Of a stretch of 64,000 nt of DNA, positions 13,576 to 25,838 are shown piece by piece. Made by a program: the position numbers and the translations under genes. The notes beneath the pieces were generated by a model. It made no database searches. It was not told the DNA's origin and was given only the letters and a program-made list of their open reading frames with translations. Every line of letters starts with the position of its first letter. Positions within the stretch are counted from its first letter, which is position 1. This DNA is from the human T2T-CHM13v2.0 reference genome, Homo sapiens, in assembly GCF_009914755.1 (NCBI RefSeq), contig NC_060929.1, one strand, 5' to 3'.

Positions 13576-14589
13576 CCTTTTTTTAATTTCTAGCAATTAA
13601 CACAATGCTTATTATACATATTCTAAATGTTTGCTAAAATAAACATAGATATATATTCACTAAAGCATGCACCTTTATCCTATAGTAGATAAAACTCCTA
13701 CATGCCAGTGAGTAAATGCTGTATTTTTTTTCTGTCACCACATCATATTTTACAGATAGATCAATACTCTACACAGAGTAGGTATTGTATAAAAATAATA
13801 AAAAGGAAAATGACTCATTTTGAAAACGAGTGATGTTGGCATTTTAAAAACATCAAATATTTTTAAAATATACAGAAAGAAGTGGCCTATTCAGAGCACT
13901 GCTTATAGATATATTTCACTGTAAACTGCTCATTTCTGTTCCAATCTCTAGTAAGAGTCAATTAGGTCTTTCAGTCTTCCTAATCCTCTTCTAAAGCAAG
14001 TGGCACAGCTGGTATAGCTGCAAAAAAAAGATAATAACTTGTATTCTAATATTTAGCTTTGTTGTATACAAATGTGCTATAGAATTGCATCTTAGCTAGC
14101 CCATGCAGAAGTTATTTTCATCCATTTACCTCTAGGTACTTATTATTACCGAATCTAGAATGATGAATATATGCTATTCACATTTTGTAGATAGACTCTC
14201 TAGGAAATATCTGATGATACATATAATATTGTCTTCTCTTAGAAGGAATCCATATAATGGTCTTTTGGGCTATTTTTATACACAGACTTTTTAAAAATTT
14301 TAAAAACCACCAAGAAGTTTTGTCCTGTGAATGAACAAAAATTAATAATCTCAGTAGCTTGTAAACGTAAGCTACCACTTGTAAATACTTCAGAACATAA
14401 GGCATGCCAAAGGCTCAGTACCATGCCTCAAGGAGGCTTTAGGAAGACTACTGTACACACAGGAGGATGATAGCTAAGTTGCTGATTTCTCAGGTTCTAC
14501 GGTCAGCAGATGGGGATTCACTTCAGGACCCAGCTTCATCCTGTTATTCATTGAGTAGAATGACCTTTTCACTGCCAATACTCTTAATT

Positions 14590-15030
14590 TCATGTTACCC
14601 TCACTATCCACCTTAAGTTTCGCAGTCCATCGTTATCACTATTCTCTTGCATACAACCTCAACTGCCAGACATATGATTTTTTCGTTTGTGATACTAGCC
14701 TGGCAAACCCTATCCTGCTTTAAGCCAATTGTCTACCTAGAACACCGATCTTCAAGTGGTCCTTACTTGAGAAAAACACACAACTGCTAACCTCATCTTA
14801 TATCTTCATCTCTTTAAATACATCTCTACTCACTTCAAGTGTGATTCTAGTGCTATACAGAAATCACATCTCATTTCTATGGTCCACTCACTCTTACTTC
14901 TTCCCAATTCAGCTCCAACACATTCACACTGACCCTCATCCTCAACTGATCTCCTTGCCTTCTGTTTCATTGAAAAAAAAAAGGAAGCAATCAGAGGATT
15001 GTTTTCATACCTCCATATATACCTATATCC
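14590..15030 (+). mobile_element. L2 ORF2 fragment
   Basis: catcgttatcactattctcttgcatacaacctcaac...cctggcaaaccc...ccttgccttctgtttcattgaaaaaa...gcaatcagag. Confidence 0.65.
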
Positions 15031-15179
15031 CACAAATTTAGTGCATACAGCATAAATGTACTGGGAATAATTATTTTCTTATAGTAGTTATGCCACTGAC
15101 TTGCAATTCACTTAGGTTCTGTAGCTTTAGTTTGTTCTGAACATTTAGTAACTCTATTGTATATTTTATACGGTTTTTT

Positions 15180-18100
15180 TCAATACAATTTTTATTTTTA
15201 TATAGAGTAATTGTGGATACACATGCAGTTGTAAAAAATACTACAAAAACATCCCATTGACCTATCATCTAGTTCCCCACAATGGTAACAGCTTACAAAT
15301 CTATACTACAATTTTACAACCGGAGTATGGATATTAACAGAGTCAAGATTCAGAACAATTTCCTGACTGGTTTCTTGTGTTGCTCTTTTACAGCCACACA
15401 CACCCTTCTGTGATCCCTGGTAACAAACAATTTATTCTATATTTCAATCAGCATAATTTCCCGGTGATTCATTCAATTTGTGTGTGTGTGGTAATTTGTG
15501 CCTTTTTATTCCTTGCTGTAGATGTACCAGTTTTTTTTCAGCAATTAATTTCATTATTTGCAAGAAAATATCCAAAAAGATATTTTAATGGCTAGACTTT
15601 AATATACTTTTTAAATGGCAAAATAGACTCTTTTTAAATTAATTTAAGAAAATTAGAATAGTTTAGACTTACAGAAAGCTTAAGAATGTAGACTGAGAAT
15701 CACTATATACAGCACATCTAGTCTACTCTATTATTAATGTGAATTAATATGGTGTATCTATCACAGTGAAGGAAACAATATTAATTGATTATTATTAACT
15801 AAAGTCCAGACTTTGTTCTTATTTCTTTAGTTTTTATCTCGTTGTTTTGCTGTTCCAGGATTCCATCCAGGATGTTACATTACATTTAGTTGTGATATCT
15901 CCTGACATTTCTCTAGACTGACAGTTTCTTAGACTCTCCTTGTTTTGATGTCCTTGATAATTTGAGGAGTATTGGTTAGATATTTTGTAGAATGTCTCTT
16001 AACCAAAATTTGCCTGATGCTTCCTTCCTTCATGATCCCACTGGAGTTATGTTTTTTTTAGGAGGAAGACCACAGAAGTAAGATGCCATTCTTACCACAT
16101 CATGTCTAGGGTACATACAATCAATATGATTTACCACTATTGATGCTTACCTTGATCACCTGGCTGAGCGTATTCTCCACTGTAAAATTACTCATTCACT
16201 AAATCTCTTTCCCCTGTTTAATAATGTACTTTTTGGAAAGAAGTCAGTATGAGCAGTTTATACTTAAAGAGTGAGATGTGAGAGTCTACCTACTTAAGGG
16301 GGGAGTATCTACATAAATTGATTCAATTTTGTGTGGAAAATTTGTCTTTTTTCTCTATTTACTTATTTTCCAATTATGTCAGTATAGACTTATGGATATG
16401 GATTATATAATTTGGGGTATAATCCAATATTTATTTATTTTGTGGTTTAAAATGTACCATCATTGGGTTTTTCTGTTTGCTTTTGCATACAAACTTGTTA
16501 ACTCAGTCCTTTTTATCACCCAACGGTATTCCATTCTGTGGATTTAATTAACAATTTAATCATGCATTAATCTTTTGAAGGACATCTTCCTTGTCTGAAG
16601 ATTTTGGCAATTGTTAATAAATCTTCTTTAAATGAATTCTTGTGCAAGACTGTGTGTGAACATAGTTTATCCAGTGAGTTTGGAAAATTTTTTAGGATGG
16701 TGATTGCTGGATTGTATGGCAAGACTACATTTAGCTTTGTAAGAAACCGATTTTTGAAGTGGTTACACCTTTTGCATTCCTCCTAGCAACAAATGAAAGT
16801 TTCTGTTGCACCACGTTCTCACCAGCTATTAGTTTTTCAAGTTTTTGTTAATTTAATTCTAAGCATTGTACTACCTATGTTGTAGTGTCTCGTTGTTCTA
16901 ATTTGCATTTCTCTAATAACAAACAAGGTTGAGCATCTTTTCATATGTTTGTTTGCCATCTAAAAAATCTTCCTTGGTGAGTTATGTGCTTATATACTTG
17001 ATTAATTTTTAAACTAGGTTGTATGTTTTGTGATAAAGGGTACTTTGTTCATTTTGGATATAAGTCTTCTATCAAATATATAATTTAGAAATATTTCCTC
17101 CTGGTCTGGGGCTTTTGTTTCTATTCACTTGATCGTGTCAGAGCAAAGGGTATTAATTCTAATAAAGCCTAGCTTATCATTTTTATTTAAGGATAGTACT
17201 CTTAATCGTATCTAAAAATCTAATCCAAAAAACCAACGTCATATAGATTTTACCCGTATGCTTGTTTTCTTTTAGATGTTTTAGTTTTGCATTTTACATT
17301 TAGGTTTATAATGCACTTTTGAGTTAATATTTGCATAAGCTGCAAAGTTGTCATCTAAGTTCATTTTTTTGCATGTAAATGCCCAATTGCTTCAACTCCA
17401 TTTGTTGAACCAAAAAGTACCCATTTTTCATTGAAGTGTATTTGCACCTATGTTAAAAATTAGTAGATTATATTTCTGTTGGTTTTGGCTCTCTATGTTT
17501 CACTGATCTATATATCTATTCTTACATCAATATCAAACTCCCTTGATTACTGAAGCATTTACCAAGTCTTGAAATAACATAGTGCAATTCCTTCAACTTT
17601 GTTGTTGTCTTTTTTGTTTATTTCCTTATGCTTCTTCAATATTTTGTTGGATAATATATTTCCTTTGCCTTTATATTTAAACTATAGAATCTGTAAGTCA
17701 CTAAACATAAAATCAGTTGCTGGGCTTTTGTTTGAGATTGTATTAAATCTATCAATCAGGTTAGAAATCACTGAAATCTTCACAATAGCGAGTCTTCCAA
17801 TCCATGAATATAAATTATCTCTTCATTTACTTAGCTCTTCTTTGATTTATTCATCACTCTTTTATAGTTATTCCCATACAAATCCTGCATATATTTTAAA
17901 ATTTATATTTAATTATCTAAATTTCTGGTATATAGTAATATTTTTAAGTAATATCAAATTCCAAATTTGTACTCCTTACATATATAAAAGCAATTTATTT
18001 TTGTCTAATAACCTTATATCCTGTGATGTTGTTCTACTTGATTAAAAGTTTCAGGATTTCTTTGTGTGTGGGTGGGTTCTTTGAAGTTTTGTACAAACAA

Positions 18101-20190
18101 TAGCATGTCATTTGTGAATAAAGGCATTTTTATTTCTTTCTTTCCAGTCTTTACATTTTTTTATTAATTTTTCTTATAAGAAAGGACATGCTTGCTTTCT
18201 TCACAATCTTAGAAAGTGACTATGTTTAGTCACCATTAAGTATGATGTTAGCTGGAGAATTTTCATATTTATGATTTACTGGATTAAGAAATTTCCCTTC
18301 TATTTTGTAGGGATTTTTGGTGAGTTTTACCATAAATATGTTTTAAATTGTGTTACTTTTTTTCTGAATCCATTAATATTATAAACATATATACACATAT
18401 ATATATATTCTTATTCAGTCTACTAATATGATGAAATGCATTCCTGATCTTTGAATGTTAAATCAGCCTTGCATTTCTTTTGTGAAGCCAAATTGGTCAG
18501 CATGCATTTTCCTTTTTATATATTACCAAATTGATTTTTAAATACTTGCCGAGTATTTTTGCAATTGCGGTCATAAGACATATTGATCTATAGTTTCCTT
18601 TTTCTATGATAACTTTATGTGGTTTTCATATTAGGGTAATTTTGGCCTCATAAAATTAATTAGGGAGTCTTCTTTCTATTTCCATTACCTGAAATACATT
18701 GAGGAGAATTAGTATTACTTCGTCCTTAACACTTTGATAGAATTTACCATTTTAGCCCAGTACTTTCTTGTTTGGAAGATTAATTACTGATTCAATTTCT
18801 TTTATAGACATAAGACTATTCAGGTTACCCTATTTCTCTTTGAGTCAGTTGGTAGTTTGCATCTTTCAAAGATCTGGACCATTTCATCTACATTATGGAA
18901 TTTGTGAGTATAGAGTTGTTTGTATTATTTACTTATTATCCTTTCAATGTCTGTTGATGACATTACTGATGATTCCCTTTTCATTTCTGATACTGGTAAC
19001 CTGTGTAATCTCTCTTTTTATTTGGTTACCTTGATATAGGTTGATCAATCTTATTGATCTTTTTGAAGAACTAGCTTTTGGTTTTGTTGATTTTCTCTAT
19101 TATTTTCCTGTTTTACTCTGTCAACATCTGCTCTAGTTTTATTATTTCTACTAGCACTATTTCTCTTTTCTCTCTATTTTCCTAAGGTAGAAGCTAAGGT
19201 TACTAATTTTAGATATTCCTTACTTTAAAACATATAAATTTAATGATATAAATATCCCTCTAACTACAGTTTTAGCTGAATAACAAAAATTTTGATGAGT
19301 TCTATTTTCATATTGATTTAGTTAAAAATATTTAAAATTACTTTTCATATTTCTGACCAGGCATGGTGGATCATTACTGTAATATCAGCACTTAGGAAGG
19401 CAGAGACAGGAGGGTAATTTGAACCCAGGAGTTTGAGACCTGCCTGGGCAACATAGCAAATCCCCGTTCTCCACAAAAAGAGAAAAAGAAAAGTGCAACT
19501 GCAGATTTCTTCTTTAAACAATAGTCATTTAGAAATGTTTTATTTAATGTCTAAGTATTTAAGGGTTTTCCAATATTCTGTTACCAATTTCTAGCTTAAT
19601 TTGACTTTGATCTGAGAATATACTTTGTATTATTTCTAGTCATTTTGTCAAACTGTGTTTTATGGTAAAGAATATAGTATTTCACCATACATTTTCCTTG
19701 TGATTTTGACAAGAATATGGTTTCTGTTGTTGTTAGAATCAGTATTTTAGCAACACCAATTAAATTAAGGGTCAGCAACCATGTTGTTACTGATTTTTTG
19801 GCCTGCTTTCTCTAATCATTACTGACAAAGTAATGTTGAAACATCCAAATTGAATAGCATAGTTGTCTATTTTTCTCATCCTCCTGGTAGGCCACAAGAA
19901 GAACTTAAAGGACACCTGAAAAGGGGCTCAGGAAAGTGTGGGTGCACACAGCAATTCATCACAATAAGGAGTATTTTTTTTTCTTTTTTCAATTTGTATC
20001 TCCAGCAGCTTTTGCTCTAAATAAGCAGATCTTGATTCCTGTGTCCCTCTGTGTCTTTTTGCAGATTTTCAGATGGCGGTTTGTTCTTTGACTTTAATTC
20101 TCTTTAGTTCACTGATTTTCCATTTTCCAGCCTTTCTTTGTTTTAAGAAAATGAGTGGTGACAAGTTCTTTACATATTTGATCTGAATAT
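15180..20190 (-). mobile_element. Old L1 (L1MC/L1MD-type) composite: two 3' ends, ORF2 body and a 5'-end fragment
   Basis: T-rich antisense L1 text throughout; L1MC/MD-like 3' ends near 15190 and 15640; L1MD-like 5' motif near 20060-20190. Confidence 0.75.
19355..19500 (+). pseudogene. BC200 (BCYRN1)-like retrocopy (monomeric Alu-derived RNA)
   Basis: BC200 diagnostics gagaccTgcctgggc and ccccgttctcca; A-rich aaaaagagaaaaagaa; then aagtgcaact, 8/10 to the BC200 unique-domain start AAGCGTAACT; possible TSD catatttct/cagatttct. Confidence 0.75.
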
Positions 20191-20577
20191 ACTTTTATGT
20201 TTGAACTTCCTAATAGTTTAGTATTGTGCAAAGTATCACACCACTTCAAAAACTTGCTATAGGTTTTCCCTATGTGAATATTCTACAGTTGACATTGTAC
20301 TTGCATCCAGCAAGTTTCTATACAGAAAGAGAGAAAATTTTTAAAAAGACATGACTTCAATATTTGTTATTTATGGATGAGAATAATGTCAAACATTACC
20401 TTTTAGAATCATGCAATTTTATAATTGAAAACTGACTCAAAGGTAATCTAATCTAACAACCTTGCCTTGTAAATAAACCTTAACCCATAAAGAAAAGGCC
20501 TGCGTCCTTAATACAATTTTCAGTATCTCAGAAAGTAATTTATTAAATTGATTATGGTGACAGATTAATTATCTTAC

Positions 20578-20648
20578 CTTCAAAAAATAAACAGATATGT
20601 TTCCCCAAATCTACCTATACAATGAAACTCAACCCTATCCGTTAAATT
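20578..20648 (-). other. Candidate 71-nt non-coding exon
   Basis: Acceptor ttttttttttctgcag and donor gaag|gtaaga on the minus strand; stops in all three frames. Confidence 0.35.
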
Positions 20649-21910
20649 CTGCAGAAAAAAAAAATCTGATACTTTCCACATATATTTTCACAATTATGTT
20701 TTTCAAGAAGCATTTCAAGTAGTATAATTAATCAGAAACCACATGAACATAAAATGGTAAACAATAGAAGCCTTAGCACTTGTAGGTAAGTGTGTCCGGA
20801 AATCACAGGAAATTTTAGAATGTTTTGGGTTCTGAAATCCTGTTATGCTTGGTCTCCAGCTGTGTCATGCAAGAGCCTGCTTTTCATAGTAAGTTGTTCA
20901 CAGCAGGAAGGTTAGCCAAGTAAGGAATTAATGAGCAAAAATGGCCTAACATTTAAGGAAGTAATGTTCTGCAAGCATTACAAACAATCACTGCTTCTAC
21001 CCTAGGTTTTCTGTTTATTTTTAGAATTTTAAACATTTGTTAAATGACAATTGAGCCATTGATGACTACTTCCAGTCAATCAGAAAGTGCACAGCTTTAG
21101 CTTGTAAAGCAAGCCTTTCCCCACACAAGCTTTTTGCCTACCTTGAGAGTAGTGATATTCACATTAATATTAACTGTATACACTGTAACAAATGGTTTTA
21201 GATATTAGCAATTTTGTTTCTTGCCCTGATTACTTGTTTAGTCTATAATTACAAATATATACCTTTCTTCGACCTGTGCTTTAACATATCTGAAAGGATC
21301 TTTGTGTAGAAAAAGAGATGTGAGTGCCATCTCTATGTCTATAAAACAAATTAAGGAAAAAAGTCAAAATTAAACACATTTTATATTACAAATAAGAAAA
21401 TATTTTGAAGCTTTGGAAAAATCTAGGAATCTGCTATTTTCAAAATCCAGAAATTTGCATTTCAAAAATAATACAAAGTAAATTAAGACAGAAAATAGAC
21501 ACAAAATGTCAAAAACATAAGCAACTCATTATTTTTCAAAAAAGAGGAAAAAGAAACATAAATAAGAACTGTTTACTCATGCTGAATTTTGAAAGAAGAC
21601 TATGGAATTCTGAGCTAAAGAATAATGACCCTTGGTTGCAATTAGGAAACAATGAAAAAACAATCATAGCTATAAAAAGTGAATGTAGAAGTTTCAAGTC
21701 TTTAAGTAAACAAAGAAACAAGACACCTAGAGTCATGAACATTAGAAAAATATGTTAAACTATTTGATTCCAACTGCAAATTTAGTTAATTATATGCTGT
21801 GATATCTCTACCAATTGAAGGTCCACATTCTGTATAAATTACTTCCTTAATGGGAATCTCACTATTAATTAATCAAACCAATTGAGGCTCTCAGACATCT
21901 TGCTGAAATT

Positions 21911-22249
21911 GAGAACTACCTGAGACTGAGTAATTTATGAAGAAAAGAAGTTTAATTGACTCACAGTTCTGCAGGCTTAATAGAAAGCATGGCTGGGAGG
22001 CCTCAGGAAACTTAAAATCATGGCTGAAGGTGGAGGGGAAGCAAGCAAGTCTTACCACGGTGGAGAAGGAGGAAGAGAGAGAGAAGGGGGAAGTGCCACA
22101 CACTTTTAAACCACCAGATCTCGTGAGAACTCACTCACTGTCACAAGAACAGCATGAGGGAACTGCCCCCATGTTCCAGTCACCTCAGACCAGGCCTCTC
22201 CTCCAATTTGACATGAGATTTGGGCAGGGACACAAATCCAACCATATCA
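21911..22249 (-). mobile_element. MSTA/THE1D-type MaLR LTR, one end missing
   Basis: gaactacctgagactgagtaatttatgaagaaaagaagtttaattgactcacagttc...acacaaatccaaccatatca. Confidence 0.85.
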
Positions 22250-22982
22250 AGTGTATTTTGACTATATCAAACAGTCTTTAAGATCTTTGGGCTTATCTTT
22301 AAATTTCAAGGGTATTTGCATTGTACCACAGAACGTGTCTATATTTGGTTTTGTACCAATCTTTCAGTGAGTGAGATACACCTATAAAATTTAAAAAAAC
22401 AAACAAAAAAAAACTGCATTGTACAACACCAGACCACATTGCTTGCTTCAGTTTCCTAGGAAATACTCTCCTTTGTCTACAGGTCAGAGCATTCTTACAA
22501 AAAGGTTCATGTAATAACATGCATTTAAATGGCTACTGTACGTGTACTATATAATAGGCTATCTCAAGATAATCTTGAAGGAGAAGCTCTGAAAATGCTA
22601 TTAAATAGGTGATGATTGAATACAGTTTTTAAAAAGTATTGAGTACAATATACCACAATTACTGTATATGGAAATTTTGCAAGTTTTTCTTCCTGGTGAG
22701 AAGGCAAATTGTTTGTTTCAGACAAAGGACTGAAAAAGTCTCTGATCCATTGGTATGTCTTTCTTTTAACGTGTTAAATAAATGCTTATTTAAAGAGAGT
22801 AAAAAAAAAAAAAGACTTGGTTGTTTTGTTATTTTTAAACCAAGAATTCTTTAATTTTTCGTAATGTAATTATCCACATTCTAAAAGGATACATAATCCT
22901 TACTCATTTTATCCAACTCTAAGATCTTATTTTCTCTGCATCAATTTTGTCATAGTTTGCCATCGCCATTGCTGCTTCAGAA

Positions 22983-23483
22983 TGAGACAGAAAGGCTGCT
23001 TAGTTTCCCATTTTTATGTGATTTAGAGAAAACAGCAAAAGCTCTTTATTCAAGCCGTAGCTTTCCTAACTTCCAGCCATTCCACAACAAAAGATAAAGG
23101 AAGCGGCTAAGCACAAGTTATTGCTTTAGGGGGCTAGCGACTTCCTCGGGGCCCCATATGTGTAGTTAGACTTAAACTTCAACATATAATCACCCCTTCC
23201 CAAGGGTGGAGATTTAAAATGTTACATGTGATGCATAAAGAGGCATGTAAAACCACTGCAAAAGCACTAGAGAAATTCCTTCTATAAATGCCCTGATGAA
23301 ACCCTTCCCTATAGAAGGGCCCTGTAAAACTAATCTACCCTTGGGGAGCAGTCCATTTTTCTTTCACGGTGCTGACTTTCCTTGTGCACAAGCTAAACGA
23401 AACTCTCTCTTTCTCTTTGCTGGCTATGTCTGGTGATCTGTCTTTTCCACCCTGGGAGATCACAACCTAGGGCGCCAATTACA
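22983..23483 (+). mobile_element. ERV1-type solo LTR, family not assigned
   Basis: About 500 bp with TG...CA termini and LTR-like TATA/U5 composition (tataaatgccctg...ggggagcag...ccctgggagatcacaacctaggg); no clear TSD. Confidence 0.55.
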
Positions 23484-23783
23484 GGAGTGCCCAACCTTGA
23501 ATGAAAAACATCTGCTAAGTGAGTAACTTTGGTAATTCGTTCTTTATCACCAAGAGGATGATGCCATTTATTTACCGTATTTGGCTTTCCATTCCTTGTC
23601 ATAATATCTTTCTACCCCGTAAAAATAAAAAGTAAATACTTATTTTCTGTGTTCATAAGAATTTGACCAACAGTTTATCCTACAAAAACCGGAATACATC
23701 CACTTAATAAGGTAACGTAATAAGGTGAAGTGCAAAAGCACTTCTATATCATTAAATGTTTGTACATTAAAAATGTGCTTCAA

Positions 23784-24156
23784 CCCGGGAGGCGGAGCTT
23801 GCAGGGAGGCGGAGCTTGCAGTGAGCCGAGATCGTACCACTGCACTCCAGCCTGGGCAACAGAGCGAGACTCCATCTCAAAAAGAAAAAAAAAACAAAAT
23901 GGGAGGCTGAGGTGGGAGGATCACGGGGTCAGGAGATCAAGACCATCCTGGCTAACATGGTGAAACCCCGTCTGCACTAAAAAATACAAAAAAATTAGCC
24001 GGGCGTGGTGGCGGGCACCTGTAGTCCCAGCTACTTCAGAGGTTGAGGCAGGAGAATGGCGTGAACCCTGGAGGTGGAGCTTGCAGTGACCGAGATTGCG
24101 CCACTGCACTCCAGCCTGGGCAACAGAGCGAGACTCCGTCACAAAAAAAAAAAAAA
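23784..24156 (+). mobile_element. Tandem Alu composite: AluY 3' fragment plus 5'-truncated AluY
   Basis: Right-arm fragment with a 17-bp internal duplication and A-tail, then a truncated AluY; flanked by aaaaatgtgcttcaa / aaaaaagtgcttcaa. Confidence 0.9.
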
Positions 24157-24620
24157 GTGCTTCAAGCAAAATTAAAACAAAACTTAAGTGTACCCAAGTA
24201 AAGGAGTATAAGAGGAATACACTTAGGTGCAGAAAATAAATGGCTATATGATGACAACTGGTTCTCAATGTCCTTAATCTTCTATGTGTGTGTTCACCTA
24301 CCATTTTGCCTAGAACAGACTTGGCCTCATCTCTAGTCTGTCTGTACAAGTATTTTTCCCAGTAAATTTTGTACATACACATACATATGTGGCACACTCA
24401 TATTTTTAAAAATTTCTTTCCAAAAAATTGTATTAGGCTCTTGATTAAGATGAATGCAAAGTTCTTATTATTAATATAAAGACACATAAAGTAACCATAT
24501 TCTTAATGGTTATGTTTTATACAACCCTAGAAGTACACAGATTCACCTCAGCCTTTTAACCAAATTTTCAAATGTTTCTTAGTATTTTAATATGCTTTGT
24601 GGAACGGTATTATTCAAAGT

Positions 24621-24695
24621 TCTCTCTCTCTCTCTCTTTTTCTGTGTGTGTGTGTGTGTCTGTGTGTATGTGTTGAGTGTGTGTGTGTGTGTGTG
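24621..24695. repeat. Compound (CT)n/(TG)n microsatellite
   Basis: Read directly from the sequence. Confidence 0.9.
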
Positions 24696-25317
24696 TTCTC
24701 TTAAAGAGCCTCATATGTATATATTTGACATGCAGGACTTACAAAATTGTCTTCTTTGATATAATATTTATGTTCCATGAATTTTCAGGTCTGAACTTGA
24801 AGACTGTTTTGAGTAATTTTTATTTGCTTGTCTATTCTGTCAACTCCTAAACAATTATTTGGCACATCTATATTTTGAATATGAGTGTGTGTGTGTACAC
24901 GTTTGCACAGGCAGGCATATGCATAAATGTGTATGTATGTTTTTCTTCCAAAAGGAACACAATTACCTTTTAAATAAATTAACAGAAATGCTTGTTTTAT
25001 GAGTCAGAATGTTCTCACACAAAGGATGTCAAGGAGAAGATTCATTTGTAAATCCAGTAATAGCATGTACCTTTTAAATAATAATTTAAGAATACCCTAA
25101 TGATGTTTAGATTATTTGCATTTTCTCACTACTGATTTCACTTAGGGGAATCTCAGGGTAAAGTCTATGTCAGGGCAACCATAAACTTTTCAAGTTGTGT
25201 TAAAAATATTTTCTCACTCCCTTTGCTTATTGTTTCCTCTCCACCAAAACTATGTACTTACTGTGCCACAGCGCTCACCCATGGGTCATTTCCCCTGAAA
25301 ACGCAGTCTTCCTAAGC

Positions 25318-25542
25318 CAGTGGCCCACATATTTTTTCTGCAAAAAGGTAGATAGTAATATTTTCAGGTTTATGTAGCATAAGATCTCTTGCAACTACTC
25401 AAGTCTGCTGTTGTAGTGCACCGTGGCCATAGACTATAGTTAAATGACTGTGACTAATACAAGTTTATTTACAAAAGCTTTATTTACAAAAATAGTAGGA
25501 CAAATTTCAGATTTGCCTTTAAGTCTTAGTTTGCCTAATCTG
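25318..25542. mobile_element. MER58A-like hAT-Charlie MITE
   Basis: ttttttctgcaaaaaggtagatagtaatattttcagg...gcaactactcaagtctgctgttgtagtgc...tttatttacaaaa...tagtttgcc. Confidence 0.8.
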
Positions 25543-25669
25543 TACTAAGTGATCACTTTCAGTACTATGGCAATATTTATTTGTTTCTTTCTTTTTACCA
25601 ACATAAAAACCATGACATATGTAGGTAATTATATTACACAAATTACTACGCAATTGCAAACTGTAGCTT

Positions 25670-25838
25670 TGTATATAAATATGTGCATATATACATATAT
25701 ATTGTATTTATATATGCTGTAGCTTTGTATATATACTATACAGAGACTATATATATATATTCTCTCTTCCCTTTTCTACCTAATTTATATACATATAATA
25801 TATATATATAAAATATATGATGTACATGATATATATCA
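25670..25838. repeat. (TA)n-rich low-complexity tract
   Basis: Read directly; a similar tract continues at 28170-28300 on the other side of the MaLR insertion. Confidence 0.7.

Noticed and set aside
17599-19034. Hydrophobic 148-aa and 88-aa ORFs resembling membrane proteins
   Set aside because: Antisense frames of T-rich old L1 sequence.
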